In this document: one piece after another, positions 50,501 to 64,000 of the stretch
Layout of the letters: the number at the start of each line of letters is the position of its first letter
How positions within the stretch are numbered: position 1 is the first letter of the stretch
From: Gordius albopunctatus
Taxonomy: Eukaryota
Length of the DNA: 64,000 nt
Assembly (NCBI GenBank): GCA_964276515.1
Contig: OZ193909.1
Location: 16,802,001 to 16,866,000 of the forward strand
Direction: 5' to 3'
Notes under the pieces: generated by a model
The model's input: the letters and a program-made list of their open reading frames with translations, nothing else
What the model was told of the DNA's origin: nothing
Database searches by the model: none
Translations under genes and position numbers: made by a program

Positions 50501-53031
50501 GACATTAATTTATTAAGTGTGTTCTATATAATGCATATGTTTGGCTTTTTTATAATTGACTTGATAGAACAAATTAAAAATAATATATATTTCCCTATTA
50601 TCAACTCAAAGCATTTGTAATTGATGCTCGAATTTTCGTTTCGCGCTCATCACGAATGCCCCACTAAATTGTTGGTTTGGTCCTTTAACAGCCCATCTCT
50701 TAATAACGAATTGATTGGGGTAAATTTAATAGCAAGTAGAGGCAGCAGCGGGCCGACTTTTTAAATTTAAAGCAAAAATTAATAAATATATTTCCATTTC
50801 ACGTCGTTCGCTGCTAAATTAGGCTGGGCTTTAGAACTAATCAGATACGAAGGTAGTCCTAGCAAGTATTCTTGTAAAAGTTATTTGTTAAAATTTTTTG
50901 TTATTGTTAATTCGTCTTCCTGTTTTTGGACCAAAATCGGGACTATTGAGTCAGTAAAGAAGTTAAGTATGGCTAAATTAAATTGTGATACAGCTGCGTG
51001 TAAATGTTAATTTATAAGGTTGAATTAATTCCATTATCAATTCACGCGATAAAGGAATCGAATGCTCTTCGTAGTGCTGATTTGAGATTTTTATTATTAA
51101 TCAAATTTTAGCCATAACTTTAATAAATTGCAAAAAAATTTTGGATTTATAGGAGGTTGGGGGTGGGCGCCTCTTCCTGCCTCCCCCCTTAGCTAACTTC
51201 AGGCTAATAATAATTTTGAATATATACCATTATTTTGGTAGATATTGCCTCTTCGTAATTTTTTATATGATTAAATAACCCTCAACTTTACGGTAGAATT
51301 TGTGGGTGCTTGCGTGGCCATCATGTTAGCGGGCGTGGTCCACGAAGCCCTGAGGCATGGGCGGGTTCGGTTGACTCATTATTCGCGTTGTTTATGCGCC
51401 GTCGTTGCCGTGACAACCGCCTCCGACCCCGGCGGGCGTGAAGATTCTACCTCTCCCTTAACTCCGGTCGGAACCGCCTCTCATACGGTCAGCTGTTGTG
51501 ATCGATCAGCTGATGACTGCGTAAGGGGCAAAACGCCGTCTTTCCCCTACGTAACTTACGCACCAACCGGACTAGGATCTTACGCGCCTTTCGATGGGTA
51601 CTACGCTATGTATTTTGGTGTTATTTAAGAATTTTAAAGTCTGCCTCCTGAAATTCTAAAGTTCTTAAATAAATATTCTACGCAACAGAGTAGTTTTTAT
51701 TAATAATTTGTTGAGTTCGCACCATGGGCTTAGCCAGGTTTTGGATAAGGGGGGGGGGCGAAAACTGTTTAAGCCCAATTAGGGGGGGGGCAAAACATTA
51801 TTTTTTAATTATTAAGGGTTTCTGTATTGAAAAATATTTTCTTTTTATTTAGCCTTGTCCCCCCCCCTTGGCTACGCCCATGGTTCACACACTAGATAAG
51901 CTTACGAGCATGCGTCAATGATTTAAAATTTTATCACAACCTTGGCCTTTGTCGTGTTTAAAAAAATAACTCGATAGGTCTGTTCCATAAAAGCGCCAGT
52001 ATCCATGTTAATGGTTTAAAAGGGATCATAACAATGGTCATGGGTCCATTAATTACTATCGATTCAATCGCTGTGCAAAAAAACTATTTGAATCTTTAAC
52101 AGCGAAAGTTTTATATATACATAATTTGAAATTGATATATTTTTGATTTATTAAAAATTTGACACGTTGCACTTAAAATCTAAATTTGCATTTCTTTTTA
52201 ATGAGTTATGGACTCAAATATTAATTAAAGAATTTATTGACCTTGTTTTTCAAATTGGAATATAAATGTGCTGTATTATTAAATATCGCGAAATAAATTG
52301 AAACATCATTTTTTACTTTTTAGCTATTAAAATCAATCAAAAGTCCCCGCATTCTCGCGATGATTTGACTTTTTGACCTTTGACAAATGGTCCGAGTGAA
52401 GAATAAAAAAGCAGACGATTTTCAATAAGCAAATGTCTTAATTTACATTCCCTTATTTAATTATTTGATTTACCAAATATACCATTATTTATTAATTTTA
52501 ATATAATGTACATGAAACATTACTTATTAAAAATTTTTTCGGTGACTTTAATGAAACAAGAATATTTAAAGTCACTGTAACTCATCCATGGGCGTAGCCA
52601 GCGTTGGAATTAGAGGGGGGCAACAATGTTTTAGGGAGGGGAAAAATGATCATTTGTTGAAATTTTAGCCAAATTTTTGGATTTAGAGGGGGTAAGCCGC
52701 CCTTCACTGCCCCCCCTCTTTGCTACGCCCATACAGTCATCCATGAAAACCGTATAAATTAATGCCTAGACTTGGTCAATCAAGAAAATGGCGACCTTAC
52801 CCATCATATTACATAGCGCTAGGACAAACTGTGCTGTACGCCCTACACACGACGCTCAGTTTTGGACTCATGTTGATATTCATGACTTTCAACGCTTACC
52901 TTTGCGGCTCCGTTATAGCCGGGCTCACTTTAGGCTACTTCATTTTCGTAGAAATTTTACCGGGCCGACTTATAGCTGGGTCTGATGTCATAACCACTCT
53001 GCAGACCATGGATCAACCATGTTGTCACTAA
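47546..53031 (+). CDS. Ctr/SLC31 copper transporter paralog A, complete copy (exons 47546-47562, 48348-48424, 51297-51597, 52770-53031; 218 aa)
   Basis: Spliced ORF is 657 nt and open throughout: MHHDMEMMKNYFHFG... TM1 ... LMLIFMTFN ... GLTLG ... CCH*. Exon 1 is inferred from its His/Met content and phase match. Confidence 0.8.
47573..48352 (+). CDS. METTL18: Histidine protein methyltransferase METTL18/Hpm1-like, complete intronless copy (259 aa)
   Basis: SDIIP..YEGGYKIWECT.DL, VLDLGCGSG, FQDYN, GDW, ILTSETIYN, AAK.HYFG.GG. Confidence 0.92.
   Translation: MSFKFNFFDNNTPKTVNNKITTKYNAEIIDFYCDNNLEMSLTSSVGLKYLPSYNYSNFSKIHPGIAISDIIPDEYEGGYKIWECTYDLYNYLNKMDFKQKHVLDLGCGSGFLGILALKNNAEGVTFQDYNKDVLQNFTMPNIKLNIDTIKYDKCIFVAGDWISIIEKKVFEKKLDVILTSETIYNPQNNLKLYELLKHSLQTNGQIFIAAKSHYFGIGGNVKSFLELIDKDNYFDYNICWKSIDGVPRLIILLKCSLTG
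48482..48487 (+). promoter_or_regulatory. Candidate poly(A) signal for the METTL18 mRNA inside Ctr intron 2 (copy 1: 650-655)
   Basis: First AATAAA after the METTL18 stop (130 nt downstream), followed by T-rich sequence. The region is AT-rich, so this is weak alone. Confidence 0.4.
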
Positions 53032-54842
53032 CTTCATAGCGAGAAAAGCAGTAAATGGTAAATGAATAAATTTTTGTTATTTAAATACAAATGTTTTTGT
53101 ATAATTGCATGGGGCAACCAAAAGGGGGGGGGGCAGGGCTCTCTCGCCCTCCCTCTAAATCCAAAAATTTATTAAAATTGTGGCTTAAATTTCAAAAAAT
53201 GTTTGTTTTGCCCCCGCCCCCTCTAATTCCAATGCTGGCTACGTCCATGTATAAGTGCAGTCCTCTCTATGGCGGTGGGCAGAATATTGTAACCGATTTG
53301 GATAGATTTTACTTGGGATAGCTTATTTTGATTTCGTCATATACCTTATTTGGGTTGCATCTGAGAATTTATTGAGTTTCGTTGAAATGGAAATGACGCA
53401 ATAGGGAGGGAGATGTTGGTTAGCAGAACAGGTTAAATATTTACATGTAAAGTATATACAGTCAAAACCGTTTAATTGCAAAGGCTTGAGCCTGAAATTT
53501 TATTTCGCTATTAACCGATATTTCGCGAATAAACGATGGGGAAAAAAGTATATGTACCATATTTTATATAATTATCTGGTTGATTTAAGGACTCGAAAAT
53601 GTTTGTGAATATCCGATATTGTACTATCAAGCGATTTGTCAATAAACGATGTTTTTATTAATATTATCGTTTAAAAAAAATGGTGGTTAACTTCACGATT
53701 AAAAGATTTTTGCGATAATCCGATTTGCGATTAAAAAGTTTCGACTGTATATACACTAACGTCTGCTCCTTATTTTGTTTGAAATAATGAACGCAGTTTT
53801 TATTATTTTCTACAATTTGTAGATTTTATATTTAAATCGTTATTCAAAAGGTTTTATTTGCAATCATGCACTTTATTAGGTTGCTAATTCATTTATATTT
53901 ATTGTTTATTAAATTAGCCCATAGCACTAGTTTTTAATTTTTTATATTTGTAATATCTTAGTTTAGAAATCATGACATTAGTTTTCAAATGCAGGGTTTT
54001 AAACTTTGATGATAACTATAAAATTGAATTATAAAAGAACGTTTCTTATTTATTTTTTGACGATGTAGAAATTTTTTGAATCTATTATATTTGGAACTAT
54101 TTAGAATTGAAGAACAATTTTGTACTCTTCCATACAAAAGTCCTATGTAGCCTTTTCACAAAGCATGGTCACTATGCAAACATTTTCATCAATAAACCAT
54201 ATCTTCTTATATACAAATAGATATAAATAATATGTATACTATTTTTTGAATTTTGCATCTTTTAATCATGTATTGAACGTTATTGATATAACCACATAGG
54301 CCGAAAGTTCAAATTTATAACCGCTCATTCTTGTTGGATATAAATATTTATATACTATTATACATTTTAAAGACTGTTCCTTTTTTTAAATATACGAATC
54401 TCACATTTTATCAAGCCTTGGCTCCGCGGCGACTAGGTCTTGTTAGTTAGCATTACACAACGTGCCTTAGCATTTATATTGATTTATACCGTCCATTCAT
54501 ATCATGCATTGATAAAATCTTTTATAAATTATCATAGATACAAATATATAGTTTTATCAAAAGAATTAATATTTGGAAAAACATTTACTACATATCTTTT
54601 AAGTTAAACGAGTCTATTATTATTTATTTTGCAAATTGTTGTGTGTTATTGCAAAATTCTGTTTTTATGGAGAAAAAAATATAAATTGAAGTTTAAAGAC
54701 TTAAAAGTTTAGTCTGGGCAGAAAATTGCTTTAATAAATTTGTTTGCTTTTATGACTGAGTTAGTTGAAGTTTTATCTCATTAAAAATGTAAATTTTTAA
54801 TTACTTTCTCCTGATTAAATTTATTTTTTCAGGTGATTAATT

Positions 54843-55627
54843 AAAGGCCCTCGTGGGAAGGGGAAGGGAAGGGGGAACTAAACTCATCTATACTCCGTAT
54901 AAAAGTAGCATATTTGCTATGCAATTTATGGGCGAGAATAGGGGGGGGGGGTATTAAATGCAAAATGATTAGTTAATTATTTATAACAATTTTCCATCAC
55001 TTTGGCCAGTGGTGATCTTTTATAATGGTTAGCAGACAGCCAAATAACTAACCTATAATTATAATGAAGAAAAAAATTGATTTTAATCTCACTTTGGCCA
55101 ATGATCATTTTTTCATTGTAGAGTAGCCAGCGGACCGCCAAAAAGCCATATTATCAATGGTATTAACAAGAACAATATATTAATTTAATTTAAAAAAAAT
55201 AAAAATCTTGTCCTCTCCGGGTATCGAACCAGCAATTAAGAATCTGCCCTCGCCAGGATTCGAACCCACATCAGTAGAGGCATAGGCTTTTGTAGGAGGG
55301 GGGAGCACAGGGACCCATATCAGTAGAGGCATAGGCCCTTGTAAGGGGGGGGCATAGGTAATTATCAATGTTAACCTATACGACTTCAAAAACGTAAAAA
55401 AGAATTTCGAATCACAATTTGGCCAATGGTCATTTTTTTATTGGTCAGTAGCCAGCGGAGGACCAAAAAGCCATATTATCAATGGTATTAACAAGAACAA
55501 TATATTAATTTAATTTAAAAAAAATTTGTCCTGTCCGGGTATCGAACCAGCAAGTCAGAAAGTTGAAAGGAAGGACAACGGACGGAGGGACAACAAAAAG
55601 CGAGCCCATAAATTGTATAGCAATTAA
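54843..55627 (-). mobile_element. DINE-1/HINE-like element, duplicated copy of 7011-7795
   Basis: Same sequence at +47832. Confidence 0.6.
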
Positions 55628-55631
55628 AAAT

Positions 55632-58600
55632 GTGTTAGCAAGCAGCCCTTCCCTTTTTATATACACTTTAAGTTGCTAAAAGAATTAGTTCCAAGTATAT
55701 AAAATTTGTTGATTTTTGAAATCCCTATGCCCCTTGTGCTCCAGAAATATCTCATTAAACAAAAAGAATTGTTTTTTACAACATGGCCCTTTAACAAATA
55801 AATGCCCCTAATCAGGGAAGCTCGCTCCCCCAGACATTATATGTCCACCATCTACCTTAATATTGGATGATAACATTAATTTTAGCCCTTCTGGTACAGA
55901 TATTCTTAATCTAATACCTCATCAAACCTACTATACCACAAATGAAAAAAATTACATGACATGGAGCAGAGCCTTTTTATCTCAAGCATTCCCACCAACC
56001 ATATCCAGAATTCGAAGGGGGCCCGGGCGTGCATGCAACAGTTTTTAATAAACTTACTTAACAATATTATTTCTCTCCCTCAGAACCTATCCTATTGGGA
56101 GAAATTATTTAAATTCTCTTTTTACATTTTATCTATTCCTCAAGAAAAGGAAGCAAATATCATTCATAATATTAAACAATTAGTTTTAAATTTTGACAGT
56201 CAAAACAGCCCTCCAGCATATAACATGGATAGAAAGGAATCCCAAATATTAACCCATAAACAAAAAGCGAATAAAATCTCTATAAAAATTCACTCATTCA
56301 ACATCAAAAGCGCAATGAAATACCTTGAAGAAGACAATTCATTTTTGAATCCTTCACAAAAATCATATGAAGAAATGGAGTCTATCGTCTACTTACCGAT
56401 CGCCCTCGCAACCTTCAGATATTTCTTTTAAGTCATCAGACATTCGAGATGCCATCTTATCCTTTCCTCTATGGATTCTGCAGGTGGTCTCGACGGCATA
56501 AAACTAATTTTTTTAAAAGATCTTATAACAATTGATAATAATAACTCCTCCATCTTATAGACTTACTCACCAAATTTTTTAACCTTTTAGTCAATGGGAG
56601 TATATCTAAAGAAATAACGCCCATAGTCTTTGGAGCTAAGCTTTTAGCTATTAGGAAGGCCGACAATTCAGCCAGGCCTATCGGCGGTGTCTTCCGAAGA
56701 ATTATTTCTAAATTAATTTTCTCGGCGATCAAACCAATATTGACCCCTACTTTAATTCCGCATCCACCAGGCTTCGGGGTCAAAGGAGGGTGCGAGATAG
56801 CTACCCATGCCGCACGCTTAACCCTGGAACACCTCCTTCTAGGTGACTCCTTTATAAAACTGGATTTTAAAAATGCTTTCAAGAGCATTCGCCGCACTGC
56901 TTTCATTAATGAATTTATAAATCTATTTCCCCAATACACCAACTACATCATTTTAAGTTACGGATGTCCTTCGATTTTGAAATTTGGAGAATTCTTCCTT
57001 GCATCCGCAGAAGGGATCCAACAAGGCGACCACCTAGGCCCCCCTTTATTCTGCTTGGCTATAAATTACCTAATTAACGAAATTAACAAACATTGTAAAC
57101 TCACCCTTAATGTCTGGTATCTAGATGACGCCACTCTTGTTGGCACCCCTGACAACCTAGTCCAAGCACTAGAAGTAATACAAGCTTTCTTCCCCACTTT
57201 AAACTTATGTTTAAACGCTTCTAAAAGTGAAATATATTCTGACTTGGATACCATTCATCCAAAGTTTTTTGACTTTGCCAAAATTAAAAAAGACAATATC
57301 TATGTTTTAGGCGCACCTATAGGAGGCCCTGAATGCCTCAAAAAAATTTTAGACAAAAATCTCTCTTCTTTAAAAACCAAATTAGACATTTTTAAATCTA
57401 TACCCTCTCATCATTCCTTTTTCATTATAAAAAATTATTACAACATTAGCAAAATTTTATTCTGCTTCCGCTCCACACAAGCTTTTTTATTTAAAGAAGT
57501 TTTACACGACTATGAAAACTTTTTTAAATCCACTCTTGAATCAATTTTAAATATTTCTTTTAACACCAATACTTGGCTTCAAGCCACACTTCCCACAAAA
57601 TCCGGTGGTCTAGGTATTCGCTCACCATCTGCGATTTCCCTAGCCGCGTTTATTTCTTCCTCTCTATCTTTTAAACATCATATTAACGACCTTGTCCCAT
57701 TCCCACTTAATCCCTCCATAAATCAAGCCCTATCCTTATGGAATGAGAACGTCAACGTAGGAGCTAATATACCACAATCATACGCTCAAAAAGATTTGGA
57801 TGCAAGTTTGGTGTAGCGGTCCGTTGCTTACCTTCTCTCGCCATGCGACGCCAAACAGCATTGCAATCTTAGGTCATTGCCTTTCGACCAATCAGCCATG
57901 AATGGCTTGAAGCTTACCCTAGTAAGTTTTCGGGAATGTCTTTAGAGAACCCTACACTATCCTACAATATAGCCCTCCGCTTGGGCTGTAAATACACGTC
58001 TCCATACCCCTGCCGGCTTTGTAATTCACTTGTAGATGAGGAAGCGCGTCACCCTCTGTATTGTAAATTTAACAAAAGCCGGTATGGTAGGCACCAAAAA
58101 ATAAATACACTGCTTCAAGCTGCCCTCAAACGGGCAAAAGTTCCTTCGATCCTTGAACCTTCAGATCCCTCTCTCGAAGTGCGGATGCGTCCGGACTGTT
58201 CGTCACTTATCCCATGGGACAAAGGCCTTTTCCTAAAATGGGACTACATCTGTATTGACATATTTTCCCCCTCCAACGATACTCACGACCCCCTAGGATC
58301 GGCAGAGCATCGGAAATCCTTAAATTATTCAGCTTTATCCCAAACCTCGATTTTTATTCCTATCGTCTCATCGTGCTCAGGATTTGGGAAGAGCGCATTA
58401 ATTTTTTTTAAAGAACTCAATAAACGCTCGCCCCCTTGTAAAATATCGAATAGTTTTTTACTACGACAATCAATTGCCATCGCGATCGCTAAATCTAATT
58501 TTTATTCTTTGATAGATTCAATGCCCATTCTCAAAGATGAAGAAACGGATATTGAGTTTTAATCATTTTTTTATAAATGTTTTTGTTCTTATATCTTTTT

Positions 58601-58651
58601 AACAATTCCGCTCAATATTTAATACTTTTTATTTAATAAAGCAAAAAAAAA
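55632..58651 (+). mobile_element. Degenerate CRE-like non-LTR retrotransposon, copy 2
   Basis: Same as 7800-10819, including the disabling lesions (RT 56740-57816, endonuclease 57936-58562). Confidence 0.85.
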
Positions 58652-61600
58652 TTGTGATTTGTTGATTTAGATATTACTAAAAAATGAAACAAAAACTATA
58701 GTGAATTTGTCATATCTAATCACAACAGCTTGAATTTATTCTTTATTTAAAATATTTTTCCATTAAATATAAAATGGTTTTCTCGCTACCTTTCGTATGA
58801 AAATAAAAGAACTCGTTCAAATAACCATTTTAAATTTAATATATATTTAACTCAAGTATATATCTGTTTAAATTTTTGCAAAACTTTATGCATCATATAT
58901 AAGATTTAATTATATTTATTAGCATAAATTAAAAGGAACGACAAACTTAAATTAAATAATATTTAGGAGAACTTAACATTAAACAATAAGACTAATATAA
59001 TAGTTAGTTTTGTATCGTCATAGCCTAAAATCTACAGTAATAAAATGAAGAGATAGTAGAAAAACACCTTAAAATTTGGTTTAATGAAGTCGTTTACAAT
59101 CTATCAAACCCCTGATCAAAAGTGTTGGAATGGCCCCCTGTCCGAGTGCCTCTTAAAGTCTCTTATTAATGGCGCTTCGGCAGAGGAACTTCCAGCGCTT
59201 AGGAGCTTAGCTCCACGCTCAGGTCACGAATGACCCGAAGCTTTCCCAAGTCGTAACCTCGGTCTACTATTATCGAACAACGATATCCGAGGCCTAAGAT
59301 TATGACAAAATAGTTGCTGAAAAAATTTCTTAACTTTGCAATAATTCCCTAAAATCGAATGGCCATCATGGTCTACACTGTAATAGCAACAAAGCCCGGT
59401 ATCTTTGACATACCGTGGTTAACAAACTTATAATATCCCCTCTATTCTTGAACTCAGGCCTCTGTGAAGATAGCAAACAACCCGTTGGCCAATCTATAGG
59501 CGTTTGGGAAAAAGGACTCATTTTAGCATGGAACTATAGATGTACTGACGTATTCGCCCCATCTTATCACAACAAATATCCCCTGTCCACTGGAAATTTT
59601 CAATTACTCTGAAATTAACAATACTATAATTTTTGGTTCCATTGCGACAACCACCCTAACAACCTTTGGCCTCCAAGCCTTACAAATTAAGAAAATAGGG
59701 AAAGTTGTAATATAAAAAAACTTCGTAAAAATAGCAAAAAATCACGAAACGTGGAAACGTTTCTAAAAGCGCGCGTTATATTTATTTAAGTATATGGTGA
59801 TGTATTACGGTCTCTAGAATATTTATTGGTTACAGATTTATATATTGTAAAAAAAACGGGCGTAGTTGAGTAAAAAATTGAGACACAAATGACAAAGCAA
59901 TCATGGAAAAAAGTTTAACGCGAAAAGTAGCACCATAACGATAAATAAGTACAAACAACGCAGTATAAATAATCCGCTAGATGGCGCCAACCAAATTAAA
60001 AAACATGGTTCCCGCTGTCGTAGTGTGATAAAAAGTGTTTACAAACCATCTACAATGCTAAGGCAATAATCTGGCCAAATTTGGTGGCAATCGGTTGAGA
60101 ACTTTAAAAGTTATTAGCGTACAAAAAAACGTGACTTAGATTTATATATATATAGATTATTTGAAAAAATCGTTGAAAAGGATTATTTTTTCATTGTTTT
60201 TTAAGCTGCTAAAATAATGAAACATAGCCCCGACAATTTTAAATTTAAAACACTTTACTTTACGAAGGAGAAAATCAACTTTTTTATTTCCGTTTTTTCC
60301 TTTATCTCACATAAATATTAATAATATATTTTTACAATAATTTTGAGCGATTTCCTTTTCAGAGCTACATTCCCCGTGATGAAATTTGATATTATCATAA
60401 ACCGGTATTAAATTGAAATTTGAGCAAATAATCTATGTTAAACCTTTTTAATGGCGCTGCTCTTAAAATTATGAAAAATAAAATATTTCAAAATTTATTA
60501 ATTCGTAACACATCTCGAATTAAAATTAATTCGTCTTAGCCGGTTTAATTTTAGCAACCTTGCTTTTATTTTTGAACATTGAATTATTCATCTTAATATA
60601 TCTCCAAAACGGAAAATTGGTTTAGTTTGCTCTTATTAAATTTTAGATACAAGGTTGAAATAAACAAAATTACAACTTTGTGGAATGAACTTAATTTTTC
60701 CGAGAAAAGGCCTCACTTAAATTTAATTGGGGAAAAATCTGTTTTGTTTTATCCTGGTGTTTATTTTTGTAAGGCGTTATTTTAGTTTGTTTTCGTCTTA
60801 GATAATTTATGATGCAATTAACTATCATCAATGTACTTAATTTTTCCAAGAAACTACCATAAATTTGTGTTTATCAATTACTATTTATATAATAATACAA
60901 CTCCATAAAACATTTATATCGAATTTTCAACTACTATTTGTACACATTTAAAATGAATTCCCTATTAATCCTAATGATATTTTACCCTTATGTTAAATCC
61001 CTTTGTAAGTGAAATTATTTTAAAATCTTATATATATTATATATTCTTTTACCTTGTATGTTCCACCTTAATTTTAAGATATAAATGGGCACTACAATAA
61101 AGGTAAAAAGTTGATTTCAATTAATATTCATTTATGCCTTTAAGGTTTAACACTATATCACCATAGTAATTTCGCCCGATATATGGTAATAGATAGGGTC
61201 GGATATACGAACCCTATATTTTATTTAACTATAGAAAATACGACAGATAAAGATTTGGAAGTAATTTAACATAAACCCTATAAATCAAAGCACACCTGGG
61301 CGTAGTGCCCCCCCCTCTAAATCCAAAATTTTGTTGAAATTTATGGAAATTCCAACTAAAATTTCAAAAAAAGCTCATTCTGACCGTCCTTAAATCATTA
61401 TTGCCCTGCCTAAACCATTTTTTCCCCCACCCCCCTCTAATTCCAATGCTGGCTACTACGCCCATGAAAGCATATATAAATTATTGTATTACATTTTTTA
61501 TTAAGTGTTTGTGTAAATTATGATGATGACTATAAAATTTGTGTATAGGTACCGGCATTCAACGGTATTATTTCCTTGAATCATTATTCAGCAAAACAAT

Positions 61601-62538
61601 TCACAATTATAATTGTCCCTGTTGTTGATGGTAAACCCAGGCTAGATTTAAGAATGTCGACCAATACCAAAATAAGTAAAAAAACTATCTATCATACAAA
61701 TAGATATAATAATACTTATTTGTTGGATGTAAAATCGTATTTTATTGCATTCTTTTTTTAAAATCTTTTTGTAAATTAACTCGGTAAAGTAATGATGTAA
61801 CCTCCATGGTTTTCAGGGGGCACAGAGCGTCAGTTGCCCCCTCAAATCCATTTTAAAAAGTAGTAAGTTGCTTTAAAAATGGCAGAAATCAGATCGTGTT
61901 TTTATAAAAGGCACAAACAAATTATGTTAATACACAAACGGAATGCGTTTACAGTGGCGAAAATGAGGGGTCTGCTTCTTAATTAATAACTAAATTAAAT
62001 GGGTTAAAATATTATATTTTAATTACAGCAAAGACTTTAAGACACTTATAAAAACATCGAAACATAATATATAATACATCCAATTTTTAGATTTAATTTT
62101 TGACAAAATGCGTTGTAAAATTTCCAAATATGATTGTGAAAATTGCTATAAAAAACTTGTTTGGACATTTATTTCCCTTGAAAACACCAGACAGCCTCAG
62201 GAATTAGATAACTAAGCGATTTAATCATTTATCTTATTTGTCTGAAAGTTTCTGCTAGAACCCATCACGGTTTGATAACTAAATTGCCTGCCAAGGCCAG
62301 CCAGAACCCTTTAATTGTCCAATTCACTAATGCTGTCTGAACAGCCGGGCCCAAAATGACGATTTTCAATTTCAAGCATTAATTTTGTCTTCTTTTCAAA
62401 AAATTTTGATCTGATTCTAGAATTTATATAAATATAGAGGTGACAAAAAATAGTATATTATATAAAAAATCGCACTATGGTGCTCACCCAGGCCTACTTA
62501 AAAACCTATTTAGAACGGTAGTCTGACCGACCCCTTAC

Positions 62539-62710
62539 TAGTGGTGGGAAAAAGTTAGGCGTGAGTCACGCCAAGGTCAGGTTAGAGGTTCCTTGAAAAC
62601 CTCTAACCTTGAGGCAGGTTTTAGCGTTTCTAAAGAGGTCAAGGTTTTTTGGAAAGCCTAACCTAACCTCTTAGGTTGCGTCGGCAAAACCTGAGGTTTT
62701 CCCATCACTA
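62539..62710. mobile_element. 172-bp internally deleted derivative of the foldback hAT element
   Basis: Keeps both TIRs and the ccccttac TSD but lacks 1,276 bp present in 14707-16154. Confidence 0.85.
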
Positions 62711-64000
62711 CCCCTTACCCTAGTGGGCCCAGCAGCGAGCCCGAATTTTTGGTTGTTTAATTTTTGCTTTTAATTACAAATAAAATGGAGGGAAATTTTT
62801 TTGCCAGATTTCCCACCCCCCTTGTGAAAATCCTCGCTACGCGCCTGGCGTTTTATGATTCATTTTTTTTATTGGTTAAACATTTTTTTAAATACCCACT
62901 CTTTTATTATCATTTTTACATCTATTTGGGGGCATTCAATTAAAAATCTAAAGATACTTCTTAGCATAGCTCATCTACTCAACTAATTTAGAAGAAAGGG
63001 GTTGTTATTATCTTCTAAATTATATCATTAACCTACAATTTATTTACTAATTTCTAATATACTCAACTAATATTTCACATATAAGCCCGATAAAAAGACT
63101 TATATTACCATCAGTTTTTTAATTGCAAGGTATTTCAGTATCGCACCATAATTTGTATTTTGACCAGAAACCCATTTTTTTATTTAGGTGCAGATGATTA
63201 TAAGATTATGAAATGGGAATTAAAGCCCCACAACAAATCACACGCTTATCTTGTAGTGAATCCAAATAACTATTCATCCAAAAGACATCATTCCACCTTT
63301 AATTATACAATTATTAATAATTATGGCTACTACAGGACGCACGAGGTTTATTTTTTTTATCATATAAGAATCTGCATAACATAACATTACATATTTAATA
63401 TTTTCATATTTTTAAGAACTCTGGACAAACTTTATTCAAAATTTAAAACTGCCTAGTGTGCTTTACATTTACTTGAATTTTAAAAAAGCATGTTTTGTAA
63501 TTGATTAATTGTATGAATTAGTTACGTGTAACCATCCCAAGCATGCAGACAGACTTTCTACTTGATTGGTTTTAATTTCGGTTGATACTTGACATACACT
63601 ATTATATCGGCTGTATACATGACAACAGAATAGGTTCAATTTCTCTATTTCCAATAATTTATAAATTAAAAGCTTTATTATTTCCCTCAAAGCCCACCTA
63701 AGCGTCTATGGTGTCCATTCAAATCCCTCCATTTATTAAGAGTTTTCCACTAAGCTTATTAGTACGAAAAAAATAATATTTTAAAAAATATGGAGTCTTG
63801 TTTTAACTATTGGCTCTAGTTTAAATCAATCTAATTCCACCCGGGGCCAATCTTTTTCCACCTCGAAATATTTACTTTCATAAACAAAGATGAACCTTTA
63901 TATACGTGTCCGCGAATTAAATAATAATAATTATAGCTACAATTAATGGGCATCTAAAAATAAATACCAGAATCCGATTGGTCTACTTTTTAAATAGAAT

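Larger units (their letters stand above)
47833..64000 (+). repeat. Near-identical direct copy of 1-17444 (segmental/tandem duplication, period 47,832 bp)
   Basis: All ORFs recur at +47832 (+46556 after the deletion). Differences seen: C361 vs T48193 and a 1,276-bp deletion at ~62600. Confidence 0.97.

Overview
AT-rich eukaryotic (animal-like, intron-containing) genomic DNA densely packed with transposons. Bases 1-17444 recur almost identically at 47833-64000 (offset 47,832 bp). I saw only two differences by eye: a synonymous SNP and a 1,276-bp microhomology-bounded deletion inside a foldback hAT element. Host genes: an intronless METTL18/Hpm1-type histidine methyltransferase, two Ctr/SLC31 copper-transporter paralogs, a 7-exon SAP30BP/HCNGP gene and a partly decayed multi-exon orphan gene. 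Mobile DNA: an apparently intact Sola2-type DNA transposon with ~690-bp TIRs, a degenerate CRE-like non-LTR retrotransposon, DINE-1/HINE-like elements carrying tRNA-like cassettes, and many hAT, P-like and Tc1/pogo-like MITEs. Main finding: the METTL18 ORF fills intron 1 of a copper-transporter gene on the same strand. Splicing GT(47563)..AG(48347) gives a Ctr protein starting MHHDMEMMKNYFHFG. Retaining the intron turns that start into a 6-codon uORF followed by METTL18, whose stop codon overlaps Ctr exon 2. One splice decision may therefore choose between two unrelated proteins. All gene models were read by eye and are untested.
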